From the NCBI GenBank assembly GCA_014360195.1, contig JACIXY010000002.1, positions 5,986 to 69,985 on the forward strand: a stretch of 64,000 bases of DNA, read 5' to 3'. This DNA is from Bacillota bacterium. GTDB lineage: Bacteria; Bacillota; SHA-98; UBA4971. Both the position numbers and the translations under genes were made by a program. Each line of letters starts with the position of its first letter. Position 1 is the first letter of the stretch. Shown here in pieces: positions 31,154-39,958 of the stretch. Under the pieces are notes generated by a model, which searched no databases, was not told the DNA's origin, and worked only from the letters and a program-made list of their open reading frames with translations.

Positions 31154-32485
31154 TCAAAAGAGTGTCTCTCTGAACCTCTCCACGATGATCTCCTCCAGAG
31201 TCGGATGGCCGATCTCCTCAAGCTCATAGCGGACACGCAGCGCCGGCTTGGTGATGTTTATCACGCGGCGCAGGTCGATAGGCGTGCCGATGATGACAAC
31301 ATCAGCAGGAGTTCTGTTTATCGTTTCCTCGAGCTCGCGTATCTGCTCTCTGCCGTACCCCATGGCGGGCAGGAGTGGCTCGAGGTCGGGGTATTTCTTC
31401 AGGGTCGCCTTGATGGATCCAACAGCGTAAGGCTCCGGGTCCACGAGCTCCGCCACGCCTTGACGCCTCGCTGCGATCACCCCGGCTCCGTAAGTCATGC
31501 CGCCGTGGGTCAGCGTCGGGCCGTCCTCAACCACAAGGGCTCTCTTGCCCCTTATCATATCGCCCTGCTCGAGCACAACCGGGGAAGCTGCCCGGATGAC
31601 GATCGCACCTGGATTGATCCTCTTCACCGCGCTCTCGACCCTGTCCACATCCTCAGGTTTCGCAGTGTCCACCTTGTTCAGGATGACCACATCCGCCATC
31701 CGGAGATTGGTCTCGCCGGGGTGGAACGAGGTTTCATGGCCCGGCCTGTGCGGGTCCGCAAGGGTGATGTGGAGATCAGGCCGATAGAACGGCATGTCGT
31801 TGTTGCCGCCGTCCCAGAGCACGACATCCGCCTCTTTCTCAGCCTCCCTCAAGATCGCACCGTAATCGACCCCCGCATAGACCACAAATCCCCTTGCGAT
31901 GTGCGGCTCGTACTCCTCGCGCTCTTCTATGGTGGTGTCGTACCTGTCCAGGTCCTCGAATGTCGCGAATCTCTGAACCCTCTGCTTTATGAGGTCCCCG
32001 TATGGCATAGGATGGCGGACGACCACGGCTTTCTTGCCGTGCTTTTTCATGATGTCCGTCACTCTGCGCGTCGTCTGGCTCTTGCCGACACCGGTCCTCA
32101 CAGCCGTGACAGCGATGACCGGCACCTTCGATTTCAGCATCGTGGTGCCCGGGCCCATAAGGCGGAAATCCGGTCCTTTCGCCAGAGCGACGGACGCCCT
32201 GTGCATCACGTCGAGATGGGAGACGTCGCTGTATGCGAACACCACCTGATCCACGCCATGCTTTTCTATGATGGCGGGGAGCTCCTCCTCGGCAAGGATG
32301 GGAATGCCGTCGGGGTAGCCCTTGCCCGCAAGCTCGGGCGGGTAGCGCCTCCCTTCGATGTTCGGAATCTGCGTCGCTGTAAACGCCACTACCTCGTACT
32401 CGTCGTTGTCGCGGAAGAACGTGTTGAAATTGTGGAAATCACGCCCCGCAGCGCCCATGATCACTACCTTCGTCTTCCTTGCCAC
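31154..32485 (-). CDS. COG2403 P-loop protein (cyclic 2,3-DPG synthase-like; probable arginine synthetase ArcE)
   Basis: GAAGRDFHNFN, ATQIP, AVRTGVGKS, RHPMPYG, WDGGNND, EDGPTLTHG; family call is strong, the activity is inferred. Confidence 0.8.
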   Translation of the reverse strand: MARKTKVVIMGAAGRDFHNFNTFFRDNDEYEVVAFTATQIPNIEGRRYPPELAGKGYPDGIPILAEEELPAIIEKHGVDQVVFAYSDVSHLDVMHRASVALAKGPDFRLMGPGTTMLKSKVPVIAVTAVRTGVGKSQTTRRVTDIMKKHGKKAVVVRHPMPYGDLIKQRVQRFATFEDLDRYDTTIEEREEYEPHIARGFVVYAGVDYGAILREAEKEADVVLWDGGNNDMPFYRPDLHITLADPHRPGHETSFHPGETNLRMADVVILNKVDTAKPEDVDRVESAVKRINPGAIVIRAASPVVLEQGDMIRGKRALVVEDGPTLTHGGMTYGAGVIAARRQGVAELVDPEPYAVGSIKATLKKYPDLEPLLPAMGYGREQIRELEETINRTPADVVIIGTPIDLRRVINITKPALRVRYELEEIGHPTLEEIIVERFRETLF

Positions 32486-32529
32486 TTGAGACCTCACTCC
32501 CGTCCTCTCATGAATGATGTTGCCTTGCG

Positions 32530-33885
32530 TCACCCGGCAAGCCCGAGGCTCCGTAGCATTATGGCAGTGGCTGCCTCCGGATGCGATCTTGCGAGCACAC
32601 CACATGACGCCATCACATAGTCCCGATCTATCGCGCATCTCGCGTCCGGCGGCGGAAGAAGCCGCATGTCCCCCCGTCGTCCCTTCACGGCTTCCAGTAT
32701 GCGCCAGCCTTCAGGCAGCCTCGTCGCGGCACCGCCTGTGCCGATGATCCACCTGACCCTTGTCAGATCCTTTCCCTCCGCCACCGTGATCCTGCCAAGC
32801 GGGCCATAGAGGTACCGAACACACCCCGCGTGGCGCAGGACGGCGATCCGTGCCGCCTCTATCGCAAGGGCGCGCGCAAGGCGCAGCCCCCTTTCCGTTG
32901 AAGGGACCGGCTCGAGCTCAGCCAGCGCCTCGGCCGGGTCGAAGCCGAGGTCCTGCACGAACCCCTCCCGGCTCACGAGGTCCACGATGTTACCGGCATT
33001 CACGAACACGCCGAGGTCGCCCTCGACGGTGCGCTTTGCGACAGGCTCCGGGCTTGTGAGGATCTTCGCGATCTGCTCGGACCCCTCGGTCACCGAGTGG
33101 ACGTCGGTGGTAGCGCCGCCCACGTCGATGACCACGAGGTCCCCTATCGCATCGTAGAGCAGCTTCGCCGCGGCCATCACGGCACCGGGCGTCGGCATGA
33201 TTCCCCCGTGCGCCATCTCCCGCACACGATCCATCCCTGGAGCGGTCACGATGTGCTCCTCGAAGACCCTCTGGATGGCACGCCTCGCAGGCTCGATGTT
33301 GAGGACGTCCACCCGGGGGTACACGTTCTCAACGACCGTGACCGCGATCCCGGCGCCCTCGAGAATGGCCCTCACCTCATCCTGAACAGCCCTGTTGCCG
33401 GCGTATATCACAGGGGCCTCCACGTGTGCGCCCGCGATGAGTCTCGCATTTTCAAGGACCGTCTCCCTCTCGCCGAAGTCCACGCCGCCCGCGAGAAGGA
33501 TGATGTTGGGGCGTATTGCCCGGAGCCTCGCGAGGTCAGCCTCGGACAGGTGCCCGGCGGTCACCATCTTGAGGACAGCCCCGGCCCCGAGCGCCGCCTC
33601 TTTGGCGGCCTTGACCGTCATGTCGTACACCAGCCCGTGGACGGTCATCCGAAGCCCGCCCGCCGCGCTGGACGTTGCAAGGAGCGTCCCGTATTCAACG
33701 CCCGCCGTTCCGAGAGCGCGCCCAAGGTCCTCGATGGCCCTCTCGAGACCCAGCCAGACGTCGCCTTCCTGCACAGTCGTGAGCGCCTTGCCCTGCCCCA
33801 GAAACATCGGGTTCGGGCCGTCCACCCCGTCGAAGGCGTTAACCAGGGTTGTGGTGCTGCCGATCTCGGCGACCAGGACGTCCAT
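32530..33885 (-). CDS. GlmL/MutL-like ornithine aminomutase reactivating factor (Or-4)
   Basis: AEIGSTTT, SSAAGGL, MPTPGAV, DVGGATTDVHS, RTVEGDLG; ATG overlaps the oraE stop. Confidence 0.9.
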   Translation of the reverse strand: MDVLVAEIGSTTTLVNAFDGVDGPNPMFLGQGKALTTVQEGDVWLGLERAIEDLGRALGTAGVEYGTLLATSSAAGGLRMTVHGLVYDMTVKAAKEAALGAGAVLKMVTAGHLSEADLARLRAIRPNIILLAGGVDFGERETVLENARLIAGAHVEAPVIYAGNRAVQDEVRAILEGAGIAVTVVENVYPRVDVLNIEPARRAIQRVFEEHIVTAPGMDRVREMAHGGIMPTPGAVMAAAKLLYDAIGDLVVIDVGGATTDVHSVTEGSEQIAKILTSPEPVAKRTVEGDLGVFVNAGNIVDLVSREGFVQDLGFDPAEALAELEPVPSTERGLRLARALAIEAARIAVLRHAGCVRYLYGPLGRITVAEGKDLTRVRWIIGTGGAATRLPEGWRILEAVKGRRGDMRLLPPPDARCAIDRDYVMASCGVLARSHPEAATAIMLRSLGLAG

Positions 33886-36230
33886 CACCTGGCAGCCCCC
33901 ACACCTGGTTCTGCACCTGCGTCCGCCCCTGTGTCCGTGCCTCCCCTTGCCCTTGCTCCTGCGCCTGCGCCTTCGCCCTCGCCCGCGCCTGCTCCGGGTC
34001 CGGTTCCAGTTCCCGCCCCGGCCTCCTTCTCGCGAAGCTTTCGCACGAGGAAACTGGCCACATCTATGCCCCGAGTCCCCCTTCCGAACCCGGCGTCCAT
34101 CCCCGACTCCACCGCGATGTCCCACGTCACCTGGGTGCCTCCGGCGACCAGGAGCACCTTGTCGCGGATGCCCTTCTCGACGCACAGGTCGGCAAGTTTC
34201 TTCATGTTCATCCTGTGGACGTCAGCGTGGGTGATTATCGTGCTGATGAGGATGGCGTCGGCGCCCACCTCGATTGCCGCGTTCACCAGCTTCTCAACAG
34301 GACAGGACGTGCCGAGGTAGTGGCATTCGATGCCGAACCCCTCGATGCCGCCGTGCTTTATGTCTAGTATCTCCCGGAGGCCCACGGAGTGCTCGTCCTG
34401 GCCCACGGTGGCCGCAACCACTTTGACGCCCCGGTCCTTGACGAACCTCCTGATCTCGTCGGGCGAGAGGGTCTTCTGCTCCTCCGGGAGCTTGAGGCTC
34501 GCAAGCTCAATCCCGAAGGGTACCCTGCCCTTCACCTCGACCAGGGTCCCCTCCGCAGGGTGCATGACCTCCTTGTGGATGGCCTTCGGCTCCTCCAGGC
34601 CGAGCCTGCGCGCGGTCTCGAGCGCCGCGGCCTCCGCCCGGGCCTCGTCGAGAGGCCAGAACATGGTGATGGTCACGACCCGGTCTTGGGCCCACTCGAC
34701 CTCGGGATAAACCACGCCAGGCGGGCCAGCCTCGAGCACAGCCAGCCTGGACTCTACGTTGTCGGTCGGGTCAAGCTCGTCGATGTACACGATCTTCTCC
34801 GGGTTACACAGGGTGCACCCGCCGATGAGATTGCAGGGCCGGTCAGCCCTGGTTCCCTCAGGAAGGTGGTTTTCACCGAAGTGAGCGCAGACAGGTGCCA
34901 TGTAGTCCGGGTCGCGTGGCACTATGGTGCCCGCCGCCACGCCCCCCTCCGGATCCCGCGCTATACCGTCGCCGTTGCGCTCGGGGTACATCCCCGAGTC
35001 AACGAAGAACCCGCGCCGTACGGCCTCAAAGTACCCGCCGACATCGAGGATCTCCTCGAGGAACAGGACGGCGCGCTCTGTGATTTCACGCACCTTCCTT
35101 TCCAGCTCGCCCTCGGGGCTGTCGTCGAGTTTCACCATGTTACGCAGACCGTCGAGCCCCACCAGCACCTGCTTTGCAGTGTCCAGCGCCGCGATGTTGT
35201 TGTAGTGCCAGGGGACGTTCCGCCCTTCGTCAGGGGTGATGGTGCTCTGGATGTCCGCGCTCGTGAGCCTCGACAACATGAGATTTAGAGCATGGGTGAC
35301 CGTGGCCTCACGCGTGGAGGACTCGATGTACTTGGTGTTCATCTGCGCCCGGAACCTGTACCCTGCAAACAGCCTGCGAAGGGCCACGGCGTAGGGAAGG
35401 TCTAGGCGCATCTCCGGTGCGGGCGGCGCCGTCGGAGGAACGGTAGATAGACATATGTTCTCCTTCGCCATGCCCACCTTCACCGAGTACGCGCAGTTGA
35501 TGGCGTGCTGCACCATTAGCTCGGGCATGACCTTCCACGCCTCGCGCGCGGTGGCGTTCGCGTTGTGCGCCCCATCGATCTGTGCCATCCCCGCCCATTG
35601 CATCAGGGTCTTGGCCACCGCAGCGTCCACGAAAGACCTGTACATGTTGACGTTCCTGTAAAGGACGTTGTACTGCGGGTCCTGGTGGGCCCCGTTCACG
35701 CCTTCCTCGGCGAAGAGGACAGCGATCTCCGGGCCTGCGACCCCGCTCACGTACGAGTGGAAGTTGATTGGCCGCCCCACCTCGTCCTCGATGAGGTCGA
35801 GAGCCTTGCGCGTCGCGCGCACTTGCTTGCGCGTGATGGGGACCCCACCGACCCCTTCGGGCGTGCCCTCGATGAGCCCGTCGAAGTGGCTCTGGCCGGT
35901 GGTGCGAATGACCATTATGTGGTCCGCTCCGTGCCAGGCGGCCATCCTCATCCGCCTTATGTCGTCCTCGAAGCGGCCGGACGCGATCTCCGTGGTCACC
36001 ACCATCTCCGGCTGCGGGTCTATGCCGCCGAAGTGCTTGGCCGCAGGGAGCGGCACGGACTGCTCCAGGGGGCGCGATATCTGCCGGTACTCAAATGACC
36101 CCAGGCTCGTTCCCGGCGGCAGCTTCTCGCGCCAGGTCCAGCCGCGTCGCCTCGGCCTGTAATGCTCAAGATCCCGCAGGATTTCCCGCACATCCAGCTT
36201 CTCGTTGGGGCAAAGCTTCCTCCCGCCCAC
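33885..36230 (-). CDS. oraE: D-ornithine 4,5-aminomutase subunit E (AdoCbl/PLP)
   Basis: EIASGRFEDDIRRMRMAAWHGADH, DEHSVG B12 motif, DIKHGG PLP lysine. Confidence 0.95.
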   Translation of the reverse strand: MGGRKLCPNEKLDVREILRDLEHYRPRRRGWTWREKLPPGTSLGSFEYRQISRPLEQSVPLPAAKHFGGIDPQPEMVVTTEIASGRFEDDIRRMRMAAWHGADHIMVIRTTGQSHFDGLIEGTPEGVGGVPITRKQVRATRKALDLIEDEVGRPINFHSYVSGVAGPEIAVLFAEEGVNGAHQDPQYNVLYRNVNMYRSFVDAAVAKTLMQWAGMAQIDGAHNANATAREAWKVMPELMVQHAINCAYSVKVGMAKENICLSTVPPTAPPAPEMRLDLPYAVALRRLFAGYRFRAQMNTKYIESSTREATVTHALNLMLSRLTSADIQSTITPDEGRNVPWHYNNIAALDTAKQVLVGLDGLRNMVKLDDSPEGELERKVREITERAVLFLEEILDVGGYFEAVRRGFFVDSGMYPERNGDGIARDPEGGVAAGTIVPRDPDYMAPVCAHFGENHLPEGTRADRPCNLIGGCTLCNPEKIVYIDELDPTDNVESRLAVLEAGPPGVVYPEVEWAQDRVVTITMFWPLDEARAEAAALETARRLGLEEPKAIHKEVMHPAEGTLVEVKGRVPFGIELASLKLPEEQKTLSPDEIRRFVKDRGVKVVAATVGQDEHSVGLREILDIKHGGIEGFGIECHYLGTSCPVEKLVNAAIEVGADAILISTIITHADVHRMNMKKLADLCVEKGIRDKVLLVAGGTQVTWDIAVESGMDAGFGRGTRGIDVASFLVRKLREKEAGAGTGTGPGAGAGEGEGAGAGARARGGTDTGADAGAEPGVGAAR

Positions 36231-36236
36231 CTCGTC

Positions 36237-36602
36237 TCACCTCCCGGCCCCGAAGAGGCCTGCCACCTCATCCCACATCCTGCCCTCGGCGAGGGCGACC
36301 CCCGCCTCGCGCACGCTCATCCCGCGGGCGCTGGCCAGCTTCCAGACCACATGGCCCGCACCCTTGCCGAGAAGGCCCTTCTCAACGCATTTATCGACGA
36401 TGGCCTTCGCCTCCAGGCTCGAAAACCCCATCCGCAGGAGCACAGACCTCTCAATGGAGGGGGACGTGTGGGTGCGCGCGAGATCCACCAGGGGCTGCAC
36501 CACCCTGTCGGCAAGCTCCCAAAAGTACCTTGCAAGCTCCTCATCGCTCATGCCGGCAAGATGCCGGCGCCTCTCCTCGAAATCATCCGGCCGCATCATC
36601 AC
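36237..36602 (-). CDS. oraS: D-ornithine 4,5-aminomutase subunit S
   Basis: RPDDFEERR, HTSPSIERSVLLRMGFSS, LGKGAG. Confidence 0.93.
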   Translation of the reverse strand: MMMRPDDFEERRRHLAGMSDEELARYFWELADRVVQPLVDLARTHTSPSIERSVLLRMGFSSLEAKAIVDKCVEKGLLGKGAGHVVWKLASARGMSVREAGVALAEGRMWDEVAGLFGAGR

Positions 36603-38026
36603 CCTCGGCCCTCCCCTCCCTCAAGCTCGCGTATGGTCTCCTCGACAAACGCGACGGTGGAGTTTGTATCCTCAGCAAGGAACCTGATATCCTCAATTGA
36701 TATCTGCCGGCCTTTCGCGTGGGACAGGGCGTTTCGTATGTAGGACCTCCGTATGTCAACGAGGGGCACCTCCTTCACGCGGATCTGCGAGGGGTGCTCC
36801 GGTATGACTATCCGCTTCCCGGGCACGTTCTCACGGGGATCGCCGCGCATCACCTCGACTCCCATCTCTCGCGCGAATGAAAGCTGCGCGTACGGGTGCT
36901 TGCCGGCGCCCGTGTACTCGGTCTCCTGGACCACCACCACCTGGTCGCGATCCATCTCGCGCGCGATGGCGATGGCGGCGGCAAGAGACGTGTTTCCGGC
37001 GGGGCCTCGCTCCATGCCTTCCAGCTTCGCCAGCATCTCGGTAACGTAGAAGACCTCCCCCTGCGTCACGGTGACGTACCTGTCCATGTAGCGAAGGGGT
37101 CTCGCAGCGTTGCGAGGCACGTCCGCCCTATCGGGCCACGTCGCAAACGGAATGCCAAAGCCCGTGTGCCCGGTGGTGAACGATTTTCTGTTGAAGTCGG
37201 TGTCGCTCGCCATGTGAAGGCCGGTGAGGTCCACGCTCGCGGCGATGACCTGGGTGTGGCGGCATCCCGCCTTGCGGAGGCCGCGCGCCGTCCCGGTGAC
37301 ATTCCCGCCGCCCGCGTGGGTCACTATGACTGCGTCCGGGTACCGTCCCGTCGCTCGCAGCGTCTCCGTGCCCACTTCGTACCCAAGCGTCTCGATGCCG
37401 GCGATGCTGAACGGGGTGTAGAGGGACGCGTTGAAGAAACCCGTCTCCTCGAGGAGCCTCAGGAACACGTAAAAGAGCTCGGGCCCCACCGTAAGCTGGT
37501 GCACCTCGGCGCCGTACGCCTCGCACGCCCGTCCCTTCTCGATGATCTCCGGCTGGCCGCGGCCCTTCGAGTCGTACGTTTCCTGCACGATGATGCACTT
37601 GACGCCACGCTTGGCCGCTTGCGAAGCCACCGCTGCCCCATAATTGCCGCTCGTGGCGGCGATGACCCCGGGATAACCCTTGTTCTTCGCGCAGTATACC
37701 GACACAGACGCGCGCCTGTCTTTGAAGCTGCCCGAGGGGTTCGCCGACTCGTCCTTCACGAGGATGCGCGCGCCTCTACCGGGATCGGATATCCGGCGCA
37801 CCACCTCCGTGATGTTGCGGAGTTCGACGAGAGGCGTACGTCCGACGCTGGTCTCTTCCTGAATGGCGTGGATCTCCTCAAGCGTGTAACCGACCTCGTC
37901 CATCATCCCCTCGTAGTCAAAGGCGATGGCGCCGGTCTCGAACTTCTCGTAGTCGATCCCCACGGCTGACTTCATGATGTCGTGGCGCCTGGCCATGACC
38001 TCCGCGTAGCTTGTGCCGGATATCAT
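36599..38026 (-). CDS. ortB: 2-amino-4-ketopentanoate thiolase beta subunit (PLP)
   Basis: NPSGSFKDRRA, ATSGNYG, GLHMASD, ERGPAGN, ETEYTGAGK. Confidence 0.93.
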   Translation of the reverse strand: MISGTSYAEVMARRHDIMKSAVGIDYEKFETGAIAFDYEGMMDEVGYTLEEIHAIQEETSVGRTPLVELRNITEVVRRISDPGRGARILVKDESANPSGSFKDRRASVSVYCAKNKGYPGVIAATSGNYGAAVASQAAKRGVKCIIVQETYDSKGRGQPEIIEKGRACEAYGAEVHQLTVGPELFYVFLRLLEETGFFNASLYTPFSIAGIETLGYEVGTETLRATGRYPDAVIVTHAGGGNVTGTARGLRKAGCRHTQVIAASVDLTGLHMASDTDFNRKSFTTGHTGFGIPFATWPDRADVPRNAARPLRYMDRYVTVTQGEVFYVTEMLAKLEGMERGPAGNTSLAAAIAIAREMDRDQVVVVQETEYTGAGKHPYAQLSFAREMGVEVMRGDPRENVPGKRIVIPEHPSQIRVKEVPLVDIRRSYIRNALSHAKGRQISIEDIRFLAEDTNSTVAFVEETIRELEGGEGRG

Positions 38027-38391
38027 GGTTCGTCACCTTCTCTGACCTCTTTGACCCCTCTTGCGCCCAGAAGGCGCCACAGCTCTTCGCCTATGTGCAG
38101 AAGCTCAGGCACGGGCCTTGCGAAGGAGTGCGGGTATGGAGGATTCACCGCGACGAGCTGCCCCTTCACCTTTCTACCCAGCACCGTCGTAATGGTCACC
38201 TCATCGCCGACGAATGCGTCGTGATCGAGGTAGCCCTTGATCCGTAGCTCCAGGGGGACTCTCTGGGTGTCCTCAGGTACTTGCGGGGCCCGTTCGCCCG
38301 GCTTCAGGATGATCGAGTGTATCTCTACGTACTCCCCGGCCCGGACGCGCTCCGCGCTTTCGGACCTTACCACGTCAAACACCTTCGCCAT
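38023..38391 (-). CDS. ortA: 2-amino-4-ketopentanoate thiolase alpha subunit
   Basis: ERAPQVPEDTQRVPLE, NPPYPHSF, PELLHIG. Confidence 0.92.
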   Translation of the reverse strand: MAKVFDVVRSESAERVRAGEYVEIHSIILKPGERAPQVPEDTQRVPLELRIKGYLDHDAFVGDEVTITTVLGRKVKGQLVAVNPPYPHSFARPVPELLHIGEELWRLLGARGVKEVREGDEP

Positions 38392-39442
38392 CCCCTCTCG
38401 CTGCCCGCGCAAGCCTCGTCATGTCCCCCATCACGCATGCGGGCACAGGCAGGTCCTTCATGGTCACGAGGCCCGGCCTCGCCGCCACCACGTGCGGTAT
38501 CATGTTCACCGCGATGGCGATTGTGCCGACGCCCCCGGGAATCTCGGGCTTTATGGCGAGGTTCACCGGTGGGGTGCCCTCGATCCATATGTAGTCGCCG
38601 GTCTCGATCCCCTCGAGGCCCGGCAGCACCTGCTGCGGATGCTCGAGGGTGATTACCTCCTCGCCGTTCATGAAGGCATGGGCTGTGTGGTTACAGCCTG
38701 CAACCATCCCCGGCTTGACGTCAACGTGCGGCGTCTGGCGCCTGGTGCTGGAGATAATCGGCTCCCGAGTCTGGGTGATCTCGTCGAGCTTCCACCCGAG
38801 GGCGTCTGCGATCATGCCACACGACTGGACAAACCCTATGTGGCCAACGATCGTGCCTTTCGCCATACCTTCCCTGAACTCCTCAACGGTGGTGCCGACC
38901 CCTTGAGTCCTCATGACAGTCGGGCCGAAAGGAGAGAGGTCGTTGACCCGCCTCGCCCTCACCCTCTTGACGTCCGCGCAAATACCTGTGAGTGCGATGA
39001 TAAGGGTATCCAGGACAAACCCGGGGTTGATGCCGGTGCCGAGGATGCTCACCCCGTACTTGCGGGCAAGCTGGTCGATCTCCGCGGCAAGCTCCGGGTC
39101 GCTCTGCCGGAGGTAGGCCATTTCCTCCGCCACCGTGATGACGTTGGACCCTGCGGCCATGGCTGCGTCAAGCTGCGGGTAGATCTCTCTCGCAAACGAC
39201 GAGGTGGCATGAAGCACCACGTCAGCCCCTGCCTCGAGCGCCTCCTCTGGGTTGTTTGTGACCCGCACGCCGATCTCACGCCCCACCCCGAGCACCTCCC
39301 CGAGGTCGCGTCCGGCTTTCTCGGGCCTCGTGGCAATCGCCCCAACGATCCTGACCCCTTTCCGCTCCAGCAGCACCTTCGCCATGCCGGAGCCCATCGC
39401 ACCGAGCCCCCAACATACCACTGTGATCTCGTCCACTGCCAT
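38375..39442 (-). CDS. ord: 2,4-diaminopentanoate dehydrogenase
   Basis: WGLGAMGSG, GTGINPG, RVNDLSPFG, GHIGF, HPQQ, EIPGGVGT. Confidence 0.93.
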   Translation of the reverse strand: MAVDEITVVCWGLGAMGSGMAKVLLERKGVRIVGAIATRPEKAGRDLGEVLGVGREIGVRVTNNPEEALEAGADVVLHATSSFAREIYPQLDAAMAAGSNVITVAEEMAYLRQSDPELAAEIDQLARKYGVSILGTGINPGFVLDTLIIALTGICADVKRVRARRVNDLSPFGPTVMRTQGVGTTVEEFREGMAKGTIVGHIGFVQSCGMIADALGWKLDEITQTREPIISSTRRQTPHVDVKPGMVAGCNHTAHAFMNGEEVITLEHPQQVLPGLEGIETGDYIWIEGTPPVNLAIKPEIPGGVGTIAIAVNMIPHVVAARPGLVTMKDLPVPACVMGDMTRLARAARGDGEGV

Positions 39443-39582
39443 CACTCTCCCTGCATAGTTCCTGGCGAGCCGTACAGCACCATGTTAGCCGCCGAGATTC
39501 GTTGACCGCATAGCCCACCGGACCGCGCGAGCGGACGCACGCCAAAGCACCTGGTCGACACCTCGCGGCTCAGGATAGGACG

Positions 39583-39617
39583 TATGCAGTGGTGTATATT
39601 TATGCACTCAATGCATA
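39583..39617. promoter_or_regulatory. ARG box (ArgR/AhrC operator) with flanking half-sites
   Basis: TGTATATTTATGCA (39593-39606) fits TGMATWWWWATKCA closely; extra TATGCA and TGCATA half-sites; AT-rich patch in a GC-rich context. Confidence 0.65.
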
Positions 39618-39701
39618 CGCCTGGGCGAAAAATGTGCCGCCTCCCCCACTTCAGATGTTTGGCAGCCTGTCGCAGTTAGGTTCTGTAGTTCTCATCACAG
39701 T

Positions 39702-39728
39702 ATTCTACTCACGAAGCAGGATTCCTGC
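39702..39728 (-). promoter_or_regulatory. SigH-like promoter of the ornithine operon
   Basis: GCAGGAATC-N11-GTAGAAT. Confidence 0.5.
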
Positions 39729-39736
39729 CTCACCAG

Positions 39737-39796
39737 CTCAGAGCGCAGAAATGCTCCCGGCTATTGGAAAAGGTTGCCGGTCACTCAAAGAGAGAC
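39737..39796 (+). repeat. Modular palindromic MITE-like repeat, copy 3 (left-half fragment)
   Basis: GAGCGCAGAAATGCTCCCGGCTATTGGAAAAGGTTGCCGGTCACTCAAAGAGAGA. Confidence 0.8.
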
Positions 39797-39878
39797 TAAC
39801 AAGAGAGGGCACCTGGCTGCCGGACAACCGCTTGCGGAGGAATTGCGGAAGACAGGTCCCTGTCTGCGTACGTGAAAC

Positions 39879-39902
39879 GGACCACCCATGCACGGGTGGT
39901 CC
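39879..39902 (-). terminator. Terminator hairpin after lon
   Basis: GGACCACCC-ATGCAC-GGGTGGTCC. Confidence 0.6.
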
Positions 39903-39958
39903 ATTCATTTTAGCGAGACCGGACTTCTGCCACACTTGCGGTTCGATCGGGCACTCCC

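Noticed and set aside
31154..32485. Literal cyclic 2,3-diphosphoglycerate synthase function
   Set aside because: No 2-phosphoglycerate kinase nearby, and the ornithine/ARG-box context favours arginine metabolism; not formally excluded
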